A stretch of 64,000 nt of DNA from an uncultured cyanobacterium (GCA_963793265.1 CAWBZI010000002.1:224001-288000), one strand, 5' to 3'. Shown: positions 9,332-18,592, counted from the stretch's first letter. Notes: a model not told the origin generated them from the letters alone. A program made the numbers and translations.

Positions 9332-10345
9332 ATGAGCCGTCCTAGCAGCTTTGTGCTTAAAGATTTTCCTTTGCAGTGCGGCGTTGTGCTGCCGGAGGCT
9401 CAAGTTGTTTATCAAACATATGGAGCGTTGAATAGCGATCGCAGCAATGCCGTTCTTTACCCGACTTCCTATGGCGCTCAGCACAGCGATGTAGACTGGC
9501 TAGTGCGCCCTGACGGCATTTTAGATCCGACAGATTGGTTTGTGATTATGCCTAATATGTTTGGCAATGGGCTTTCAACTTCTCCAAGCAACTGTGCGAT
9601 CGCGAAAAAGGCAGGCTTCTACTTTACGCACTACGACAACGTTCGCGCTCAGTGCGAACTGTTGAACAGTTTAGGTATCGAACAGCTAGCGCTAGTCTAC
9701 GGATGGTCAATGGGCGCACAGCAAGGATATCACTGGGGAGCTTTGTATCCTGAGCGGACTCAGAGAATCGCCGCAATTTGTGGGACTGCAAAAACAACCG
9801 ATCACAACCGCATTTTTCTCTATAGCCTGCGAGCGGCGCTACAGGGCGATCCTGCCTGGAATGGCGAACGGTTTGAGAGCGTCCCTGATCGCGGCTTTCA
9901 TACCTTCACTCAAATTTACGCTAGCTGGGCAGCTTCTCAGGCATACTACCGGGCAAAGCCTTATTTGGCATGGGGCTATGCGTCTTTAGAAGACTATTTG
10001 ATGCGGAGTTGGGAGGCTGGCTATCGCAGGCGCGATCCGCACGACTTGCTGGCTATGATTGAAACCTGGCTGCACTGTGACATTGGAGACAATCCAGTAT
10101 ATGAAGGAGACTATAAGAAAGCGCTGGCTTCTATCACAGCGAAAACGCTAGTCATGCCTGCTACGACAGATTTGTACTTTACGCCAGAAGATTGCGAGAT
10201 TGAAGCTAGTGAAATTCCAAAGAGCGAGTATCGCCCGATTCCGTCTATCTGGGGTCATCGGGCGGGAAATCCCTATCAGAACGCTGAGGATGAGCTGTTT
10301 ATTAAACAGGCCGTTGCAGCGCTGCTGAGTACTGAGAAACACTAA
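9332..10345 (+). CDS. Homoserine O-acetyltransferase (MetX)-like alpha/beta hydrolase
   Basis: YQTYGALNSDRSNAVL, NMFGNGLSTSPSN, nucleophile GWSMG, DLYF and IPSIWGH. It starts 1 nt after the desaturase stop. Confidence 0.85.
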   Translation: MSRPSSFVLKDFPLQCGVVLPEAQVVYQTYGALNSDRSNAVLYPTSYGAQHSDVDWLVRPDGILDPTDWFVIMPNMFGNGLSTSPSNCAIAKKAGFYFTHYDNVRAQCELLNSLGIEQLALVYGWSMGAQQGYHWGALYPERTQRIAAICGTAKTTDHNRIFLYSLRAALQGDPAWNGERFESVPDRGFHTFTQIYASWAASQAYYRAKPYLAWGYASLEDYLMRSWEAGYRRRDPHDLLAMIETWLHCDIGDNPVYEGDYKKALASITAKTLVMPATTDLYFTPEDCEIEASEIPKSEYRPIPSIWGHRAGNPYQNAEDELFIKQAVAALLSTEKH

Positions 10346-11667
10346 ACATCTACATACTGGTTTAGCTCCCAATCGGTGATTTGAGAACAGAATGCACTCC
10401 ATTCTTTGTGCTTGAACTCGAAGAAAGTTTTAGCGCCTAGTTCGCCTAGCATGTTCATTAACAGCTCATTTTGCTTGAGTGCCGAGAGCGCCTCGAACAA
10501 ATTAGTCGGTAGGGTTGCTAAATTTGGAAACTCTGCGCCTCGGGCGAACAGGTTTTCGTCAATGCGATCGCCCGGAGAAATCTCATGACTCATCCCATCC
10601 AATCCCGCCGCCAGTATCCCCGCGAGCGCCAAATACATATTCGCTGAACCATCAATAAGGCGACACTCAAACCGGCCTGCTTCAGGAATTCGCAGCATGT
10701 GAGAACGGTTGTTGCCGCCGTACGAAATATAGCGCGGCGTCCAGGTGCTGCCCGAGGTGGTTGCACTCGCTCCCAAGCGGCGATAGGAATTGACGGTAGG
10801 TGCAAACAGCGCCGTTAGACCCTTTGCATGTTTGAGCACACCGCCTAGAAAGTGATAGCCTACCGGAGAAAGCCCGCCCGCATCGGCATCTTGTTCAAAG
10901 CTGTTGATATCGCCTTGCCATAGGCTGTTGTGCACGTGTCCGCCGCTGCCGGTAAGCGTGCTAAAAGGCTTTGGCATAAAGGTTGCTGTTAGGCCGCGTT
11001 TTTCGGCCAGCGTTTTGACCATGTACTTAAAAAATACGTGGTGATCGCACGTCGTCTTTGCATCGCTATAGCCCCAGTTCAGCTCAAACTGTCCGTTGGC
11101 ATCTTCATGATCGCACTGGTAGGGCTCCCAGCCGAGCTGTTCCATATAGCCGACAATCGTGGAGATTAGATCGAACTGGCGCATGAGGTTAAGCTGGTCG
11201 TAGCAGGGGCGCTCGGCGGTGTCTCTTTCGTCAGCGATCGCATAGCCACCTTCTGTTTTCTTTAGCAAAAAGAACTCTGCCTCTACCCCAGCTTTGTAGG
11301 TGTAGCCTAGCTGCTCGCACTGGTCTATTACCCGATTCAAAATCATCCGGGGCGCAGCCGGAAAAGGCTCGCCCTCAAAGTACACATCGCTCGCCACCCA
11401 GCCTACTGTAGGCTCCCACGGCAGTTGAATAAGAGAACTCACATCAGGAATCGCGGCAATTTCCGCTGCATCTGGCCCCAGCCCTAAGTTAGAAGCAAAT
11501 GAGCTGAAGAAAGCGCCACTTTTCTCAACGGATGCAATTTTAGTCGCAGGTACGAGCTTTGCTCTGGTTCCGCCCAGCAAATCGGTGTAAGACACCAAGA
11601 AGAACTTGATACCTAGCTTTTCGGCTTGCTCCGTTAGGCTTTTAGATTTTGCTAGCGTTTTGACCAT
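10342..11667 (-). CDS. glnT: GlnT-type glutamate--ammonia ligase family (includes gamma-glutamylmethylamide synthetase GmaS)
   Basis: FFLVSYTDLLGGTRAKLVP, PCYDQ, DHEDANGQFELNW, ATFMPKPF, NSYRRL, SGSTWTP, GNNRSHMLRIP and RFECRLIDGSAN. Confidence 0.85.
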   Translation of the reverse strand: MVKTLAKSKSLTEQAEKLGIKFFLVSYTDLLGGTRAKLVPATKIASVEKSGAFFSSFASNLGLGPDAAEIAAIPDVSSLIQLPWEPTVGWVASDVYFEGEPFPAAPRMILNRVIDQCEQLGYTYKAGVEAEFFLLKKTEGGYAIADERDTAERPCYDQLNLMRQFDLISTIVGYMEQLGWEPYQCDHEDANGQFELNWGYSDAKTTCDHHVFFKYMVKTLAEKRGLTATFMPKPFSTLTGSGGHVHNSLWQGDINSFEQDADAGGLSPVGYHFLGGVLKHAKGLTALFAPTVNSYRRLGASATTSGSTWTPRYISYGGNNRSHMLRIPEAGRFECRLIDGSANMYLALAGILAAGLDGMSHEISPGDRIDENLFARGAEFPNLATLPTNLFEALSALKQNELLMNMLGELGAKTFFEFKHKEWSAFCSQITDWELNQYVDV

Positions 11668-11736
11668 AGCTTCTACCGTAGTGGCTACCTTTATTCGCTT
11701 CTCCCACCAGTAAAACAGCCTGACCTCATAGGATTT

Positions 11737-11750
11737 GTAGTATCTGCTAC
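11737..11750 (-). promoter_or_regulatory. Putative NtcA box GTAGCAGATACTAC upstream of glnT
   Basis: Exact GTA-N8-TAC 70 nt upstream of the start, with TTTACT 22 nt downstream on the minus strand. Confidence 0.7.
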
Positions 11751-11753
11751 TGA

Positions 11754-13622
11754 CTAGGCTTTGTTCTTTAAATCACGCTCCCGCTTCATTTTCACGCTTA
11801 TTATCCCTATGCTAACTATAGCTAGCGCAGGCACCTGCCCTGGCTCTGGCACGACTGCTGCCCCTGACGCGTCAAATTCGAAGACTTCACCCGGTAGCGG
11901 TGGCGTATTTGCAGGTGATCGCCTTACTTGAGTCGCCTGCTCAAAGGCGAAAGCTAGAGCTAAAAGCTCAGGTTCACTGTAGGCAGGGGCAAAGAAAGAG
12001 AGTCCTACGGGTAGTCCCGCCTCTGTAAATCCGGCAGGAACAGTGATATCTGGAAAGCCCGTTAAGTTTGCTAAGTAGCCAACTCGGTAAGGATCACCTT
12101 CAATCGCATCGAAGTCACAGAAAAAAGTCGGATCTTCAATTTCGCTGCCGTCATCTGTTGTAATTGGCGAAGGCGGACAGCCAACTGTCGGGTAGATTAA
12201 AGCATTCAGGTTGCTCGATGAGAACGTACTAGAAATGTCGTTTCTAAGCCCTGGTAGTTGGGCAAGCGTTGCTAAATACTCTGGATTAGAGAGCCCGCCC
12301 GTTTCCAAAGAGTCTTGATACACGGCTATTCGATTAGGATTAACGGGCGTTTCAGAATTGACCAAATCTGGATCTAAACTGGCCTCAATGAGCGCTTCTA
12401 GCGTCTGTGGATACTCTTCATCCAGTGTTTGCAAGTAGGTTTCAATCTGTGGAAAAAACTCCGATTGCACAATTGAGTTGAGGAGTGGGCTGTAGTTAGC
12501 CGCTGCCAGCACGTCAGGAGAGAACTCTGCATCTACAACCGTTGCACCTGAGCCTAGTATCGTAGTCAGCGCGTCTTCAAAGATCTGATCAACTTCAGGA
12601 TTTCCTCCTAAAAAATCTCGAACAATTCCAACCCGAGCCCCGTCTAAAGCATCCGCATCTAGAAATTGCGTATAGTCGTCGAAGGTTCTACCTACACTCT
12701 CTAGCGTGGCCGGATCGCTCGGGTCAATCCCTGCCATTACGCCCAGCCCAATCGCTGCGTCAGTAACCGTTTTTGCAATCGGCCCGCCGACATCTACCGA
12801 CAGCGCCAACGGAATAATCCCGTCCCGGCTAGTGAGGCCCAACGTTGGCTTAATACCTACTAACCCTGTAAAAGAAGCGGGGCCGCGAATAGAGCCAGCG
12901 GTATCGGTACCTGTACTAAGTACCGCAAAATTGGCAGCGATCGCGGCTGCCGATCCACTGCTTGAACCAGAAGCATCTCGACTCAAGTTATACGGATTGA
13001 GCGTGAGTCCGCCTAGAGAGCTATAGCCTAGTCGCCCAGAAGAAAGCGCAAACTCACTCATATTGGCTTTCCCCAAAATAATTGCGCCTGCTTCTCTAAA
13101 CTGCTGCACCGTGAACGCATCGTCAGGTGGAATTGAGCCTGCCAAAACATCAGAACCGCCTGTAGTAGGCAGATCTGCTGTGTCAAAGTTGTCTTTGAGA
13201 ATAATGGGAATGCCGTAGAGCGGCCCAGGGTTCTCCGGTCTAGTGAGGTCTAACGCTCTAGCGGTAGCTAGGGCATTAGGATTAATAGTAATTAGAGAGT
13301 TTATGGCCGGGCCTTGGTTGTCGTAAGCTTCAATCCGATTCAAATAGAGCTGAACGAGCTGTTCGGACGTGAGCGCTTTGGCTTCAAAAGCCTGATTGAT
13401 ATCGGCAATGGTCGCTGTCTCAAGATTGAAGGTAACCGCTTTAGCAGCAGGCACCATAGCCAGCATCACGGCTTGCATAGCGACAAACGCTATCGATCTT
13501 TTGAGCGTTTTTAGGGTTGTTTTTATATTAGCTGTTCGTCTGCTAGCGAGTTTTTCAATATTGGACTGTTGAATATCAATTCTGCTATCGGCAGTATTTC
13601 TGACTGTCTTCAAGGTCTGCAT
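11754..13622 (-). CDS. Amidase-signature family enzyme with N-terminal signal and C-terminal PEP-CTERM sorting signal
   Basis: LYGIPIILKDN, GKANMSEF, SGSSSGS and GTDTAGSIRGPA. Signal-like ...AVMLAMVPAAKA; tail VPEPGQVPALAIVSIGIISVKMKRER. Confidence 0.9.
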   Translation of the reverse strand: MQTLKTVRNTADSRIDIQQSNIEKLASRRTANIKTTLKTLKRSIAFVAMQAVMLAMVPAAKAVTFNLETATIADINQAFEAKALTSEQLVQLYLNRIEAYDNQGPAINSLITINPNALATARALDLTRPENPGPLYGIPIILKDNFDTADLPTTGGSDVLAGSIPPDDAFTVQQFREAGAIILGKANMSEFALSSGRLGYSSLGGLTLNPYNLSRDASGSSSGSAAAIAANFAVLSTGTDTAGSIRGPASFTGLVGIKPTLGLTSRDGIIPLALSVDVGGPIAKTVTDAAIGLGVMAGIDPSDPATLESVGRTFDDYTQFLDADALDGARVGIVRDFLGGNPEVDQIFEDALTTILGSGATVVDAEFSPDVLAAANYSPLLNSIVQSEFFPQIETYLQTLDEEYPQTLEALIEASLDPDLVNSETPVNPNRIAVYQDSLETGGLSNPEYLATLAQLPGLRNDISSTFSSSNLNALIYPTVGCPPSPITTDDGSEIEDPTFFCDFDAIEGDPYRVGYLANLTGFPDITVPAGFTEAGLPVGLSFFAPAYSEPELLALAFAFEQATQVRRSPANTPPLPGEVFEFDASGAAVVPEPGQVPALAIVSIGIISVKMKRERDLKNKA

Positions 13623-13653
13623 AGGTGATTTTAATAGTTTTAAAGCGGCATAA

Positions 13654-13815
13654 GGGACATGCGTCTAAATAAAGTACCGCTGATAGCGCTGTTCATTGCC
13701 TCGGGCATAGCAGTGCTAAGCCCCTACAGAAATTGACGGTGACGTAGGGGCTTAGCACGCTATGCCCAGGGCAATATTTGTCGGTTTGCCGGTACTTTAT
13801 TTGAGCGCAGCTCCC
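13654..13815. mobile_element. 162-bp MITE-like element with 26-bp imperfect TIRs, TAA target duplication and an internal inverted pair of GTAG-type REP hairpins
   Basis: Left end GGGACATGCGTCTAAATAAAGTACCG versus right end (reverse complement) GGGAGCTGCGCTCAAATAAAGTACCG, 21/26 identical. TAA flanks both sides. Inner arms 13695-13727 and 13744-13775 are near-perfect inverted copies. Confidence 0.75.
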
Positions 13816-13931
13816 TAACAACTAGAACCTAACAGGAATAGTTAGAACTGTTTGGTAGCCTCTACTACCGAAGACTCATCTGACAAAGCCACTGTGTCTG
13901 ATATCTGAAAGTCTTTGACAAATCAGCAGTC

Positions 13932-15287
13932 TTATAACAGCTCTGCTGCTAACCGATTACACTTGCTCACTAGCTGCTGCAAATCTACCGTCACCAGTCG
14001 GCTTGTATCAACAACCTTTTTGCCATTAATAAAGCTATAGTCCACCGACGGCGGCTGACAAAAAACAAGCGCTGCAACAACATCATGATGGCTACCCGCC
14101 AGCGCAGGTGTGTCGATATTGAAGGTAATAAAATCAGCCGACATCCCCGGTGCCAAATAGCCAATATCGTCGCGTCCTAGCACTCGCGCGCCCCCTCGTG
14201 TGGCTACCTCCAAAGCCTCTCTAGCCGTCATTGCCGCCGCGCTGTTCTCTCTTACTCTTGCCATCAAAAAAGCCGTCCGTGCCTCTTGCAACAAGTTAGA
14301 AGCGTCGTTCGAGGCCGCGCCATCTACCCCTAACCCGACCGGCACGCCTGCATCTAGCATTTTGCGAACAGGCGCAATGCCACTCGCCAATCGCAGGTTA
14401 CTACAGGGACAGTGAGCTACGCCCGTTCCGGTTGTCGCAAACTTACCAATCGCATCGTCACTCAGCCGGACGCAGTGGGCGTGCCATACATCTTCGCCTA
14501 GCCAGCCTAAAGATTCTGCATAGTCGCCTGGGCTCATGCCAAACTTTTCTAGGCTATATTCAACGTCGCTAATGTTCTCGGCTAGATGCGTATGTAGCCT
14601 TACGCCCGGATAAGCGCGAGCCATTTTCGCGGACTCTCGCATTAAAGCTTGCGACACGCTAAATGGTGAGCAGGGCGCGAGTACCATTCGCGTCATCGCG
14701 TGGCGATCGCAATCATGATACTGCTCAATCAGCCGCTGCGAATCTTTCAAAATATCGGCCTCTGTTTCCACTAAAGCATCCGGCGGCAGTCCGCCCTGGC
14801 TTTCCCCTACGCTCATGCTGCCTCGGCTCGCATGAAACCGGATGCCAATATCTTGCGCCGCTCTAATCTCATCATCGAGCGTGCAGTCATTCGGAAATAG
14901 ATAGAGGTGATCGCTAGCCGTTGTGCAGCCCGAAAGCATCAGCTCAGCCGCCGCCATTTGTGTGCTGGCATAGATTCCCTCGCTCGTCAGCTTCGACCAG
15001 ATGGGGTAGAGCGCCTGTAGCCAGCCGAAAAGATCGCAATTTTGGGCGGCGGGAACAGCGCGTGTGAGGGTTTGAAAAAAATGATGATGGGTGTTTACAA
15101 GGCCCGGTAGGACAACGTGACGACCTTGAAGATCGAGAACTTCGTCGGCAGTGGTGGGGAGTTCGTCGGTAGTGCCGATTTGCGCGATCGCCCGATCCCG
15201 CACAAAAATCCCGCCGCCCGCAATCTCTCTTCTCTCCTCATCCATTGTCACCAGCGTGTGAGCGTTCTTAACCAGCAGCGTGCTCAC
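13932..15287 (-). CDS. 8-oxoguanine deaminase-like amidohydrolase (AtzA/TrzA family)
   Basis: PGLVNTHHHFFQTLTR, LAPCSPFSV, LHTHLAE, WHAHCV, HCPCSNLRLASG and LGVDGAASND. GTG start overlaps the upstream stop. Confidence 0.9.
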   Translation of the reverse strand: MSTLLVKNAHTLVTMDEERREIAGGGIFVRDRAIAQIGTTDELPTTADEVLDLQGRHVVLPGLVNTHHHFFQTLTRAVPAAQNCDLFGWLQALYPIWSKLTSEGIYASTQMAAAELMLSGCTTASDHLYLFPNDCTLDDEIRAAQDIGIRFHASRGSMSVGESQGGLPPDALVETEADILKDSQRLIEQYHDCDRHAMTRMVLAPCSPFSVSQALMRESAKMARAYPGVRLHTHLAENISDVEYSLEKFGMSPGDYAESLGWLGEDVWHAHCVRLSDDAIGKFATTGTGVAHCPCSNLRLASGIAPVRKMLDAGVPVGLGVDGAASNDASNLLQEARTAFLMARVRENSAAAMTAREALEVATRGGARVLGRDDIGYLAPGMSADFITFNIDTPALAGSHHDVVAALVFCQPPSVDYSFINGKKVVDTSRLVTVDLQQLVSKCNRLAAELL

Positions 15288-16699
15288 AAGACTCTACCCG
15301 AAGCCGAGCGGCTCAAAAATTTACCCATTCCCGATCGCCCTAGCCACTGCTCACCGTCTACAATCAGCTCGCCTCTCAAAAACACCTTCTCCACTTTCCC
15401 AGTCACGCTACGCCCTTCAAATAGAGAATAGTCCACATTAGAATGATGCGTACTTGCGCTTAACGTATGCTGTTTATCCGGGTCAAACAGCACAATATCA
15501 GCATCGCTACCGACTGCAATTGTTCCTTTTTGCGGAAAAATCCCGAACATTTTAGCAGGCGCTGTTGCCGTGAGCTGAACAAAGCGGTTCAGCTTAATTC
15601 GATTCGCTCTCACACCACCTTCATACAGCAGTTCTAAGCGCAGCTCTACGCCAGGAGCACCGTTTGGAATCTTAGAAAAATCGTCTTTGCCATACTGTTT
15701 GGACTTCAGCAGGCCGAGCGGATTTTCATTCATGCAAAAAGGGCAGTGATCTGTTGAAACAATTTGCAAGTCATCGAACCGCAGTCCACGCCAGAGTTCA
15801 TGCTGACAGTGATGCTCGCGCAAGGGCGGCGTCATTACATACTTTGCGCTCTCAAAGCCGGAATGCTCGTATTCTGACTTGTCTAAAAAGAGATAGTGCG
15901 GGCAGGTTTCAGCAAACGCTGGAATGCCGCGATCGCGCGCCTCTACCACTGCCTCCAACGCCTCGGGAGCCGAAAGATGAACAATATAAACCGGCACCTC
16001 TGCTAGCTCTGCAATCCGAATAACCCGGTGTGTCGCCTCTCCCTCCATCAGCCGAGGCCGCGTCATCTGGTGAAACTTAGGCGACGTATTCCCGGCAGCA
16101 AGCGCCTCCTCAATTAGCGCCTCAATTACCACCCCATTCTCAGCGTGCATATTCACCATGCCGCCATGATCGCCCACCTTGCGCATCACCCGATAGATAT
16201 CAGCGTCATTTACCATCAGCGTATCGGGATACGCCATGTAAAGCTTAAAGCTAGAAATCCCTTCGGTATTAATCAGATCGGGTAGCTCAGCTAGCGCATC
16301 AGGTGTAACATCGGTCAGAATTACATGAAAGCCATAGTCTACGCAGCACTGAGGCTCCGCCGCAGCCAGGCGACGATCCAACGCTTTTTTGGGACTTTCC
16401 CCTTTGAACTGCTGGGCAAAGTCAATGATAGTCGTGGTGCCACCAAAGGCCGCTGAGCGCGTGCCGCTTTCAAACGAGTCGCAGGTTTCCACGCCGTTGC
16501 CCATCGGCGTTTCCATATGCACATGCACGTCCACACCGCCCGGCATCACCAGCAGTCCGCTAGCATCATGCACTTCAGCATCTTCAACAGATAGGCTGCG
16601 CCCAATCGCCTCTATCTTGCCATTTTCGATCAAAATATCTGCGTGGTAGTCATCAACAGCCGTTACCACATGGCCGTTCTTAATAAGCGTTTTGGTCAT
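15284..16699 (-). CDS. hydA: Dihydropyrimidinase / D-hydantoinase
   Basis: PGGVDVHVH, GGTTTIIDF, SSFKLYMAY, HAENG, ETCPHYL, STDHCPF and IPNGAPGVE. ATG 16699 overlaps the upstream TGA. Confidence 0.93.
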   Translation of the reverse strand: MTKTLIKNGHVVTAVDDYHADILIENGKIEAIGRSLSVEDAEVHDASGLLVMPGGVDVHVHMETPMGNGVETCDSFESGTRSAAFGGTTTIIDFAQQFKGESPKKALDRRLAAAEPQCCVDYGFHVILTDVTPDALAELPDLINTEGISSFKLYMAYPDTLMVNDADIYRVMRKVGDHGGMVNMHAENGVVIEALIEEALAAGNTSPKFHQMTRPRLMEGEATHRVIRIAELAEVPVYIVHLSAPEALEAVVEARDRGIPAFAETCPHYLFLDKSEYEHSGFESAKYVMTPPLREHHCQHELWRGLRFDDLQIVSTDHCPFCMNENPLGLLKSKQYGKDDFSKIPNGAPGVELRLELLYEGGVRANRIKLNRFVQLTATAPAKMFGIFPQKGTIAVGSDADIVLFDPDKQHTLSASTHHSNVDYSLFEGRSVTGKVEKVFLRGELIVDGEQWLGRSGMGKFLSRSASGRVL

Positions 16700-17088
16700 G
16701 ATGCTGCCTGCGCCTTGTAAGCTGCCCAGCCGCCAATATCTGAAATATCGGGCCAATTGCCTTCGTCAATAAGCTGCTTAGGATAGAGCATCGCGATCGC
16801 CTTCTCCCCATTTTTCAAATTCACTTCTTCAGGATACATATCTGGCGGCTCTGTTGAAACCAAATACTCATACTGTTCAGCCGTCAGCTCATACACCTCT
16901 CCTGGAATTGAGATACCGTTCTCTTTAACTTCGTAAATGCCAGGATGCCAGCCATCTTTAACCGCATGTAGCCGGTAGTTAGGTGCAGTTTGCGCGGTGC
17001 CAATGAATGTTGCAGACTGAAGATTTTGATGATCGGGCTGTCCTTTTAACGCAGAACCGCAGATAAACACACGTTGATTAGAAGACAT
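16696..17088 (-). CDS. Stand-alone allophanate-hydrolase C-terminal-like / gamma-glutamylcyclotransferase-fold protein
   Basis: VFICGSALKGQPDHQNL, TAPNYRL, IPGEVYEL and DISDIGGWAAY resemble the AtzF C-terminal domain. Confidence 0.7.
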   Translation of the reverse strand: MSSNQRVFICGSALKGQPDHQNLQSATFIGTAQTAPNYRLHAVKDGWHPGIYEVKENGISIPGEVYELTAEQYEYLVSTEPPDMYPEEVNLKNGEKAIAMLYPKQLIDEGNWPDISDIGGWAAYKAQAAS

Positions 17089-17283
17089 CTTGTTCAAAGT
17101 TAAATTAACGACACTAAACAGAGCCTTTAATAGATAATAGAGAGATCTCGCACCAAAAAAGTGTTAAATAATCTCAAGTAATCTCAGCTTAGGTTTAGAT
17201 AGATTTGATACAGATTAGCGCTGCGCGCCTTGTATACAATACAGCTATCTTCGCGATCCGAAACGTCATTGAGAGCTGTCAGT

Positions 17284-18498
17284 ATGAAAACTCAATCTTT
17301 AGAAGTAGACGCTTCAAAGGAATTGAAGTCAGGGACTTTGTCCGATAGCCTGACTGTCAATGTACCCGGCGATCTACGGCCCGAAGCGGCAGGCGTTTCT
17401 CTACGTTCGGTCACGAAACGCTATGGCCCCGTCACCGCTATTAAGAACATTAGTTTAGATATTCCGGCGGGTTCTTACTGCTGCCTGCTAGGGCCTAGCG
17501 GCTGTGGTAAAACAACGGCGCTGCGCATCATAGCAGGGCATGAGGACGTGAGCGAAGGTGAGGTGCTGATTGGCAATCGATCTGTTAACCATCTGCCGCC
17601 TGCGAAGCGAAACACGGCCATGATGTTTCAAAACTACGCGCTGTTTCCGCATAAAACCGTTTGGCAGAATGTAGAGTTTGGCCTGAAAATGAACAAGGTT
17701 AAAGCGGCTGAGCGGCGGCAGCGAGTCGGGGAGATTTTGGAGCTAGTGGGCCTTGGCCATACTGCCGATAGACGCCCAGATGCTTTGAGTGGCGGACAGC
17801 AGCAGCGAATTGCGCTGGCTAGGGCCTTGGTAACTCGCCCGCAAGTGCTCATGCTCGATGAGCCTTTGAGCGCGCTAGATGAAAATCTCAGGGTGCGAAT
17901 GAGAGGAGAGCTGCGAAAAATTCAAAAGCAGTTTGGCCTGACCTTTATTCAGGTGACTCACCATGTAGAAGAAGCCTTTTCACTATCTGATCAAATTGTG
18001 GTGATGAGTGATGGCCATATAGAACAGGTCGCCTCGCCTGAAGATCTATTTAATGCGCCTGCTTCTCAATTTGTTGCAAAATTTATCGGTGACAACAACA
18101 TCTTTGAAGGTAGCATTGTCAATGCCGCGCCTGATGTAGATGGCAAGGATCTTATAGAGCTGTCTGTTGAGGGGATAGGTTCTTTGTTTTGCAAGGGCGT
18201 TGCACCTGCTATGGGTGCGATCGCTGCCTGTTCTGTTCGCCCCGATTTGATCTCTTTAGAGCCGTTTTCTGATACGTCTGCTATGCCCCCGAACCCAAAG
18301 GCAAACCACATCGTAGCGCGCATCGCTGACGTTGAGCTAACGGGCTATGTCACGCGCGTTTTACTGCTACAGGAGGCGACCGAAAAGACGCTTCTATACA
18401 ACGTGAAAACAACTGAATGGGCGGCTATGGGCCTTACTGAAGGTCAGGCTGTTGCCGTCCGATGGTCTGCTCAAGACTGCGTTTTCCTGCCTTATTAG
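17284..18498 (+). CDS. ABC transporter ATP-binding protein (PotA-like)
   Basis: GPSGCGKTT, FQNYALFPH, LSGGQQQR, LMLDEP and a C-terminal TOBE-like region. ATG 17284. Confidence 0.93.
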   Translation: MKTQSLEVDASKELKSGTLSDSLTVNVPGDLRPEAAGVSLRSVTKRYGPVTAIKNISLDIPAGSYCCLLGPSGCGKTTALRIIAGHEDVSEGEVLIGNRSVNHLPPAKRNTAMMFQNYALFPHKTVWQNVEFGLKMNKVKAAERRQRVGEILELVGLGHTADRRPDALSGGQQQRIALARALVTRPQVLMLDEPLSALDENLRVRMRGELRKIQKQFGLTFIQVTHHVEEAFSLSDQIVVMSDGHIEQVASPEDLFNAPASQFVAKFIGDNNIFEGSIVNAAPDVDGKDLIELSVEGIGSLFCKGVAPAMGAIAACSVRPDLISLEPFSDTSAMPPNPKANHIVARIADVELTGYVTRVLLLQEATEKTLLYNVKTTEWAAMGLTEGQAVAVRWSAQDCVFLPY

Positions 18499-18592
18499 CC
18501 GGGTTCGGCTCGGCTTTAGTGGTGTGCGATCGCTCCCCTATCAAAATCTTTTCTACTGTTTTCTACTGCCCCTAACACCTGCTTTCAACAAC

